Below the pieces are notes generated by a model. It was not told the origin of the DNA. It worked only from the letters and a program-made list of their open reading frames with translations, and ran no database searches. The position numbers were made by a program, and so were the translations under genes. From IMG/VR virus record IMGVR_UViG_3300032006_000004: DNA of 64,000 bases; one strand, written 5' to 3'. Source of the stretch: an uncultured virus (IMG/VR IMGVR_UViG_3300032006_000004). Its lineage: Duplodnaviria; Heunggongvirae; Uroviricota; Caudoviricetes. Position 1 is the stretch's first letter; each line of letters begins with the position of its first letter. Shown here piece by piece: positions 57,279 to 64,000 of the stretch.

Positions 57279-57316
57279 GATCGCTCCCGTAGAAGATCTG
57301 TGTAGCTACACAGATC

Positions 57317-57652
57317 TCATGGGGTAAATGGGTTATGTTTGTGAATCCGCTCCGTCATCGCTTGATCGACTAGCTCATGCGAACGAGTCCGACCAAGTGC
57401 GATAAACCGACCTGCTTCTGCTTGACTGTAACCTTGATTAGTTAGGTCTAGCATTTTCTGTCGGCGGAGATACCTGAGTACCTTTAGCTGATTTTCCCAA
57501 ACCCAACAAAGCCTGTCGATGTAACGGAGATGTGCTGGACTATCAACTTCCCACGAACTGTTCTCTTCCACACAGCTTTGGAGATCTTCAATGTCCATCT
57601 CCGAAACCACAAACATGGCTTCAGTGGTGACCCATTCAGCTTTATCTTTCAT
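57317..57652 (-). CDS. Putative HTH DNA-binding protein
   Basis: GYSQAEAGRFIALGRTRSHELV. Confidence 0.6.
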   Translation of the reverse strand: MKDKAEWVTTEAMFVVSEMDIEDLQSCVEENSSWEVDSPAHLRYIDRLCWVWENQLKVLRYLRRQKMLDLTNQGYSQAEAGRFIALGRTRSHELVDQAMTERIHKHNPFTP

Positions 57653-59100
57653 AACATACCTCTGGCTCTCAGTATCTGCTCTCTGGTGAAAGCATCATGG
57701 ATAACGAAAGGATTATCCCGTTTACCAGCAGGCTTCTTTGCGGTAACGGGTTCTTGGGAACGAGCTTTGTTCGCTCGTTCTCTGCGTTCCCTTTCGTAAG
57801 TCGATTTAGCTGACTTACAAAGAAGGCATCTGCATCCACGTCCGTAGTTGGTTAAGGATGGGTTGCCGTCGCAGTCATGTTTCATCTGCAAACTCCTCTA
57901 CTAGTTTTCGCATCTGCATAATGTTTCTCAGATCGAAGTGGCCGTTCTCTCGTATCCGACTGATAGGCCACGATTCGGTAACGTGACCTATCTTGATGAA
58001 GTCCAAGAAAGCTTCATCTTCCCCACAGGGGGAACAGATGTAAGTCAGGTTATCCGAACGAGATAGCGCATTCATGGCCTGTACCTCAATCAGATCCTCA
58101 ATTTGGCATCGGGGACATTTCATATTTTTTTCTCCCAGTATTCGACATTTGTGATGTCCTTGAGGTCGTACCGCCCATACTGCGTGTCCTCAGAAAGGTA
58201 ATGCCAACAGTCACTACACAGGTAGTAGCCCGCTCTGGACCCTATGATGATTTCCCGATCCTGTGCGGGCATCATGGGCCAGACATCTTGCACTAATCCG
58301 CCAGCTAAATACTTGTCGTAATCAGCCATCGTGACCAGAACAGAGTCCTCCTTCTCATCACACTTGCCCAATGAGCCGAAAGGAGCCGAGCACTTCGCAG
58401 TGATCTTAATCTCTCTGTCACCCATCCATTTCGATGGGCAGTTGAGCAGACCATGACAGTCGCACTTGACTGGAGGGAACATGGCTTCGCCTTGAATCGT
58501 TTCCACTACCCTTCACCCCCGTACTCGTAATCTGGGACGTAGGAATCGTTCCGCTCGTAATCATAGATTTCTTCAGAAACTCCGAAGATGTCAACTCCAC
58601 CTTCCCGTTGAGCACGCTCCACGGCATTAGCGTAGGCTTTGTCTAGAGATGGGAAGTCATAAGCGCCCCAACACCAAGATGTGTCGCCTTCATACCAAAA
58701 AGCTGTACCCCAATCAGGCTTGCCCCACGGAGTATTCTCCTTAGGGCGGTGAAAGATGATTACATACGGAGGTCGCAAACCGCCGTCGTGTTTAACGGGA
58801 ATTACCCCAACAATTTTGTAGCCGTTGATTCTAGGCAGATCAACCATTGTCGCCTCCTTCGGGGAATGGGATCACAACTGCATCCATTTCCTCAGTTGGG
58901 CAGTCGCCGCTTACGCTCTGAATGTCTCGCATAGAACCGAGATCTACTAACTGGAGGCGAACCGCACCAGCGAGGTTCATCTCCAGTTCTTCGGCCTTCT
59001 CTAGGTAATGCCCAGCCATATGCCTAAGCATGTGAATGGTGTCATGTACCTCGTCGAACAGTTCCAATAGGGTCTGTTCTTGATGATTGTTATCTTCCAT
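57649..59100 (-). other. Small early ORFs (57649-57891 GCRC Zn finger, 57875-58123, 58120-58506, 58506-58847, 58840-59100)
   Basis: Homologues in the phage A early region. Confidence 0.7.
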
Positions 59101-59262
59101 AACTGTTCTCCTAACAGTAAATAAGTGGGTGAAGCAGAGAACCTTAACGAGGCCAATGAACGCCCCGCACTTGACACCACGTTCCGTTGGTGCAGGTTCT
59201 CTTTAACGTGAAAGGTTTCCGTTTGCTTCACCTTGATACATCTGTGTAGCTACACAGATGTA

Positions 59263-60315
59263 TCAGACCAATTCCCCTTCGTCGAATTTGTACGCTCCGC
59301 GCCAGTCGAAGCGATCCCCTGATAACAGACCCACTGCTTTATCTGTCAGCGGAAGTTTCCCGAATAAGAGGTTACGATGATGACGTTCTCCTCGGTCTAC
59401 TCCTCTGACGCGTAGGTCCTTTTGTTCGTAGGCTTGCACTGCCATAAGCGCACCCCAATAAGTGTTCCTGACCGCTTTCTGGTCAGGGTCAGTGTGGTAG
59501 CGCCACGATAGCTTGTCGCGCTGCTCTTCCCATCCCTGCCACTTGCGAGTCACGATAGGCGCACCGTCTTTGGCGAAGCCCATCTTGACAGGCTCCTTCC
59601 CAATGATGGTATGCGTAAGCTGGGCGAACATTTCATCGGTAAAGTCAGTGTCCGCTAGCCGTTCTATGCGGCGAGCGTATTGTTCGCCGCGCTTGAAGCG
59701 CTCTATGACATTGGAAACTGCTTGTCGCATAAGGTCCGCTGGATTGCCCATGTGACGAAAGCTGTACCATGACGGCACGTTGAGCACGTTGGTCCGCATG
59801 GTGTTAGCACAAACCACAATACCCAAAGAGTTAGTCATAGCTAACGTGACCTCAGCATACCCATTGGTGAGATTCACAATATTATGAACCTCGGAGTACC
59901 CAGGGATAGTTATCTCGTTAGGCAAAGAAATCGAAATGAAAGCTACGCGCCCATCTTCATAGGTGCCGATAGATTCAATCTCCTTTACCATGCCTGCCCT
60001 ATCCAAAGCTGGGAGTATTTCTTCAGCTAAGAATGAATGTTGCACTAGCTGGTACTTGTCTGAATGGTGACCATGTGCCACAGGCCAATGCTTGAGGATC
60101 ACAGTCCTAGCATTCTTGAACTCATGTAACTCTGGTTCATACATTGGGTTTTCTGCTTCGTGCATAAAGAATGGCGCATCCAAATATGCGTCAGCCCAAC
60201 TTAAAGCACCCGTGGCCTCACCGATAGTGATGGGCCCTACCTTGCCGAAACCATGCCAAGCAGGTTGTTTGAACATTAAATGTTGAGCATCAAGCTCAGT
60301 TATCCTAGATCCCAT
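59263..60315 (-). CDS. DUF932-family protein
   Basis: PAWHG.G, VVCANT, T.WGALMAVQ.YEQ. Confidence 0.85.
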   Translation of the reverse strand: MGSRITELDAQHLMFKQPAWHGFGKVGPITIGEATGALSWADAYLDAPFFMHEAENPMYEPELHEFKNARTVILKHWPVAHGHHSDKYQLVQHSFLAEEILPALDRAGMVKEIESIGTYEDGRVAFISISLPNEITIPGYSEVHNIVNLTNGYAEVTLAMTNSLGIVVCANTMRTNVLNVPSWYSFRHMGNPADLMRQAVSNVIERFKRGEQYARRIERLADTDFTDEMFAQLTHTIIGKEPVKMGFAKDGAPIVTRKWQGWEEQRDKLSWRYHTDPDQKAVRNTYWGALMAVQAYEQKDLRVRGVDRGERHHRNLLFGKLPLTDKAVGLLSGDRFDWRGAYKFDEGELV

Positions 60316-60935
60316 TATCTTCTCCTTGTTGTTGGGAACCAAATTGTGAATCGGGGCCAATAAGTGGTCCTACTGTCTCCCGAAATTGAGTGGCTTGTTC
60401 CGAAATAGTTGTAAGCAGAACTAGCCACGGCTGTATTTCTTCCAACATGACTGGTGGCATCGTGAGATCGTTGATCTCTTCGCACACTGCCATGACAGAT
60501 TGTTCGAGTCTCTGTGCCTGCCGCCAGTGAGCACCTAACTGGTACAACTGGTCGCTAGACATAAAGACATGACCATCAAAGGGCTTATTGGAATACATCA
60601 GGATCTGCACCGCTCCAGTTAACTAAAGCATCAACTATGTTGCGGGCTTCAGTTCCACGACCATAAGCTCCTCTGTATTTCACACCAGACTTTTCAGCCA
60701 CCCAGTCAAGGAAGTCAAGGTTGTAAACACCTTTGCTCTCCTTCATCGGTTGACCCTCAGCATCGAAGATAACCGTTTTGGCGGTACCTGAATTGAAGTC
60801 TGATTCGTAAACAAACACTAGGTGGTCAACATCGAACCCTTCGTAAAACTTGGGATCAAGTATCTGATGACCATCTGGATAGATGATGCCATTCTCAATG
60901 GCATCTTTAACTCTGTTTTTCCATGATTCCTCCAT
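60305..60935 (-). other. Two early hypothetical ORFs (60305-60610, 60585-60935)
   Basis: Packed - strand ORFs. Confidence 0.6.
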
Positions 60936-60971
60936 TGGAATCCTCCTTAAAAGATCTGTGTAGCTACACAG

Positions 60972-61712
60972 TTATTTGTAACGATTACTAGCTGCGAAAC
61001 GGACGTTGTTCACCCCCTTAATGCACAGGCCGCACTCAACACATGCGCCCATACCGTCATTGACCAAAGGAATCTTTTTGGTTAGCTCAGGACATCTAGG
61101 ACCTTTCCGACGATGAGGGAACTTGCTAGCAAGCTCCTCAGTCTCGGACCATGTGTCACCACAGAACGCAAGATTGACCCAGCGATTCTGCTGCTCGCAA
61201 GCACGAGCTTCCCAAACATTTCCCCTGTCTACAGAAAGATAGACAGCCAAGTTCGGTGTCTCCGCCAAAAACGGGACTACAGCGAAGGTTCTCGTGTAGA
61301 CCCAGAAACTGATGTCCCTGTAATCTTCAGCGACCTTCGCCATAGCCAAAGCAAATTCTTCGGTAGGAATGTCGCCATCCCAAAAATGCCGAAAAACCCA
61401 CTGATCCTTCGGCACCTCATGGCGCTGAAGGAAGAAGTGAGTCTCCGAAACTAACTTGCCTAGCTCCGAGTAAAGATAATCAAAATCACAAAGATGATCC
61501 TTGATGGCTTCCCAATTAGCTTCGAGAAGCTTACGGACGTTAGGGCGATAGCCCTCAATGCGTTCCGCATAGCAATGCTGGTCACAGAACTCCGTTCGGC
61601 CCACACAATGAGAGGCTGGTAGCCCGAAGGTGTTCTTCACCTCGGGATACCATTTCCCCCCTTTGAGTGTCGCTAACGGTGTGACCTTCCTATCAGTAGA
61701 AAGTCTGAGCAT
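60972..61712 (-). CDS. Gp88-like Fe-S protein
   Basis: Homologue of 20614..21369. Confidence 0.75.
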   Translation of the reverse strand: MLRLSTDRKVTPLATLKGGKWYPEVKNTFGLPASHCVGRTEFCDQHCYAERIEGYRPNVRKLLEANWEAIKDHLCDFDYLYSELGKLVSETHFFLQRHEVPKDQWVFRHFWDGDIPTEEFALAMAKVAEDYRDISFWVYTRTFAVVPFLAETPNLAVYLSVDRGNVWEARACEQQNRWVNLAFCGDTWSETEELASKFPHRRKGPRCPELTKKIPLVNDGMGACVECGLCIKGVNNVRFAASNRYK

Positions 61713-62801
61713 CTATTTCCACCAAGGCCAGTTGCCTTCTTCTTTCATGGCTTTGATCTGATTGTCGGCCCAGTCGTTCTCATCGAAAACGTACTCATCT
61801 TCAAGTTCTTCATCCTCCTCGAACTCATCGAAACAAGATGGGCAGTGTGGACCGCTGACTCCATTCGTTGTGGCATCTTGGAAGTTCACGGTGCCACGAT
61901 GATCACAGAGCACGCAGACATATGTCTTGAGCTTCATCAGCCTTCGCCCCTAACTAGTTCCCTGATGCTTTCCCAAGCTTCATCGAAACTGAGATTCTCA
62001 AAGATCCTCTCATTCATAGCCAACACTGCCTCGTCATAGGTGTCGTATTGCTTCGACATAGTTGTAGACATAGCAGCACCCGCATCAGACACACCACCCA
62101 TGTCATAGGTGATCTGGAACCAGTAGGTTGAAGAACCAGACATATCCCGAACACCAGCACTAACAATGACAGGCATAGCAGGCGCAGTGTCCAGAGTCCT
62201 TGCTATCCAGTTGTTCGACTCATCCTCCATTGGAGATCGCCTCCTCTATGGCTTCATCCAACTGCCTGTCGAACTTCATGGACTCTGACTGGCCCGATGA
62301 AGGCCAGATGTTATCGAGACTGTCCACAGCGGACTGCGCTGCCAGCTTGACATTGAACCGAGTGATCCGCTCAACAGTCTCATTCAAGTCACCCATTACA
62401 GCAGCCTCGCTCTGAGATTCGCTGATCATCTCTGGAACAACTTCCATGATGACCTTCTCCACTGCTTCAGCAAATGCTTTGCCGACACCACAGCGAGACA
62501 GACGAGGAACTCGGATAAAGTCGTACAACATCGACTCTACGGCGCTGGCTAGGTCCTCTTCTCGTATGAGGCTCTGACCATCGTCTAGGTCGTTGACGCT
62601 GATGTACTGCATGTTGCTGCTGATGATCTCATCCCAACGGTTGAAGTCCCAGATAATTTGGTAAACATCATCATGGACATCAAGGTTGTTGGAGATGTAA
62701 TCTTCGACCGACTGATCTACCTTGTGTTCAATCGCATCATACAAACCATCATCGTCAATGGAGACTGTTGTGTCTCCTAGGTTTATTTCAAATTCAGCCA
62801 T
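61713..62801 (-). other. Three acidic early hypothetical ORFs (61713-61937, 61937-62230, 62220-62801)
   Basis: Overlapping start/stop codons, RBS. Confidence 0.65.
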
Positions 62802-63189
62802 ATCTTCTCCTCACATCTGTGTAGCTACACAGATGTATCTGGGTATGATCACGAACGGAATTGTCCGCAATTCAATAACCAATTTATCACACTTTAACTA
62901 TCTACTTCATTAAACGGGGACAGTAATATTCGACTGCAAATTGTTAAGGCGCCCCACAGCACGTCCCACAGCACGCCCCACGGCACCCACCCACCCACTA
63001 TCACATCTCCCACCAACAAAAAAAGTTAAGGTGCTCAAAAAAGAATTCCAAAAAGAAAAAACGCGAATCTGTGAAAAGAACTGTGTAGCTACACATAACT
63101 CTTAAGGTCCCCCCACTATCTTTTCACTATCGAGGCGAACCCTGGGGGCCCCCTCGATACAACTGTGTAGCTACACACATCTTCCACAC

Positions 63190-63224
63190 AAAAAAAAAGA
63201 ACCCCCGCCTTTCGGCGGGGGTTC
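63190..63224 (-). terminator. Rho-independent terminator
   Basis: GAACCCCCGCC-GAAA-GGCGGGGGTTC-T9. Confidence 0.9.
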
Positions 63225-63247
63225 GCTAGCTGCAGAGAGGGTAACAG

Positions 63248-63731
63248 CTAGAATGGTGAGTAGAAGGCAGTCACCTTCTCCAAGTTCTTTCCATATCGTA
63301 CTTCAACGCTATCCAAAGAGCCACCCTCTGACCTCTGAACATCTACGATATTCACATAACCACTTTGTAATCCCATGCAACGGAAGTCTCTACCCTTCTT
63401 CCATGCATCCTTAACCTGTGGGAGTGTCGTGTAGACATCCCCATACGCTGGCTTAACTACGATATGCACGTTCATCAGCCTCCTTCATGGCACGCCATGC
63501 ACAATTCAAACCATCATCAGCATCAGCGCAAGCGCCAACACCATGACAGACCTCACAGAACTCAGCCATGCGCCTAGAATGACGCTCAGCATCCAAAGCC
63601 AACTGCATCAGCACTGCATCGTCAGCCTTACGCTCCGCCTTGCGACGCTCCCGCTCCGCAAGCCATGCCCATACGAGAACAGTAAGCATTGCGCTCACCC
63701 AACCCCATATGTAACCGTCTAAGAACTCCAT
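63248..63731 (-). other. Two small early ORFs (63248-63475, 63453-63731)
   Basis: Bracketed by a promoter module and a terminator. Confidence 0.65.
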
Positions 63732-64000
63732 TGAAGCCCTCTCTTTCCAGATCTGTGTAGCTACACAGATCTCTCAACTGGCAATCAGTTCGATCACCTA
63801 AAAACAAGGCTATCACACAAAAACAAAGCTCTTAACTAGAACAGATTAGTAATATTCGGACGAAAGTCCCACAGCACCCACCTAAACCCACAACAAAACC
63901 CAAACATCGGGACCACCCACTATCGTTTCACTATCCCGCCGAGGTCGCCATAAGCGACCGAGGCCACCTCGTGAGAACTGTGTAGCTACACACATCTCAC

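Larger units (their letters stand above)
57296..63995. repeat. Phage B dispersed palindrome ATCTGTGTAGCTACACAGAT, 8 copies
   Basis: 57296-57315, 59240-59259, 60954-60973, 62815-62834, 63079-63098, 63161-63180, 63751-63770, 63976-63995. Confidence 0.95.
39291..64000. mobile_element. Phage B: partial genome of a related, syntenic phage
   Basis: Same gene order as 1-~25600 with diverged homologues (endolysin, RusA, primase, helicase, Cas4-like, Gp88-like, DUF932). Confidence 0.85.

Noticed and set aside
39291..64000. Simple tandem duplication or terminal redundancy of one genome
   Set aside because: Identity collapses after a few hundred bases; gene content, order and regulatory palindromes differ
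1..64000. Integrated prophage with integrase/att sites, or a phage DNA polymerase
   Set aside because: No host genes, recombinase motifs or polymerase motifs were recognisable in the window

Overview
The window is entirely phage DNA and holds two related but clearly different podovirus-like genomes joined head-to-tail. Phage A spans about 1-39290. It looks complete and circularly permuted, because bases 1-~225 recur almost identically at 39291-~39515. Phage B starts at about 39291 and runs off the end of the window. Both have a + strand late arm (tail fibres, ejection proteins, amidase endolysin, holin). TerS, a split TerL, portal, scaffold, capsid and tail tube genes are visible only in the A segment. 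Both also have a - strand early/replication arm: a sigma-4-like HTH protein, a PD-(D/E)xK-like protein, RusA, an AEP primase, an SF4 helicase, a Cas4-like exonuclease, Gp88-like and DUF932 proteins, and many small ORFs. I see no DNA polymerase, integrase, reverse transcriptase, CRISPR array or canonical tRNA. An actinobacterial host is inferred but not shown. Comparing the two genomes reveals hidden signals: (1) each phage has its own dispersed palindrome family in the early arm (7 copies of ACTTACTG-GAA-CAGTAAGT in A, 8 of ATCTGTGTAGCTACACAGAT in B); (2) a conserved +1-frame peptide with many synonymous changes inside the gene upstream of the helicase, suggesting a programmed frameshift; (3) a structure-conserved stem-loop whose loop pairs with the Shine-Dalgarno of the Cas4-like gene; (4) a GGG(A/C)C-N13/14-TRTAG late-promoter motif, with a region-4-only sigma-like protein as candidate activator; (5) a swapped tail-protein cassette between near-identical flanks. 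All family assignments come from motif recognition by eye, not from database searches.
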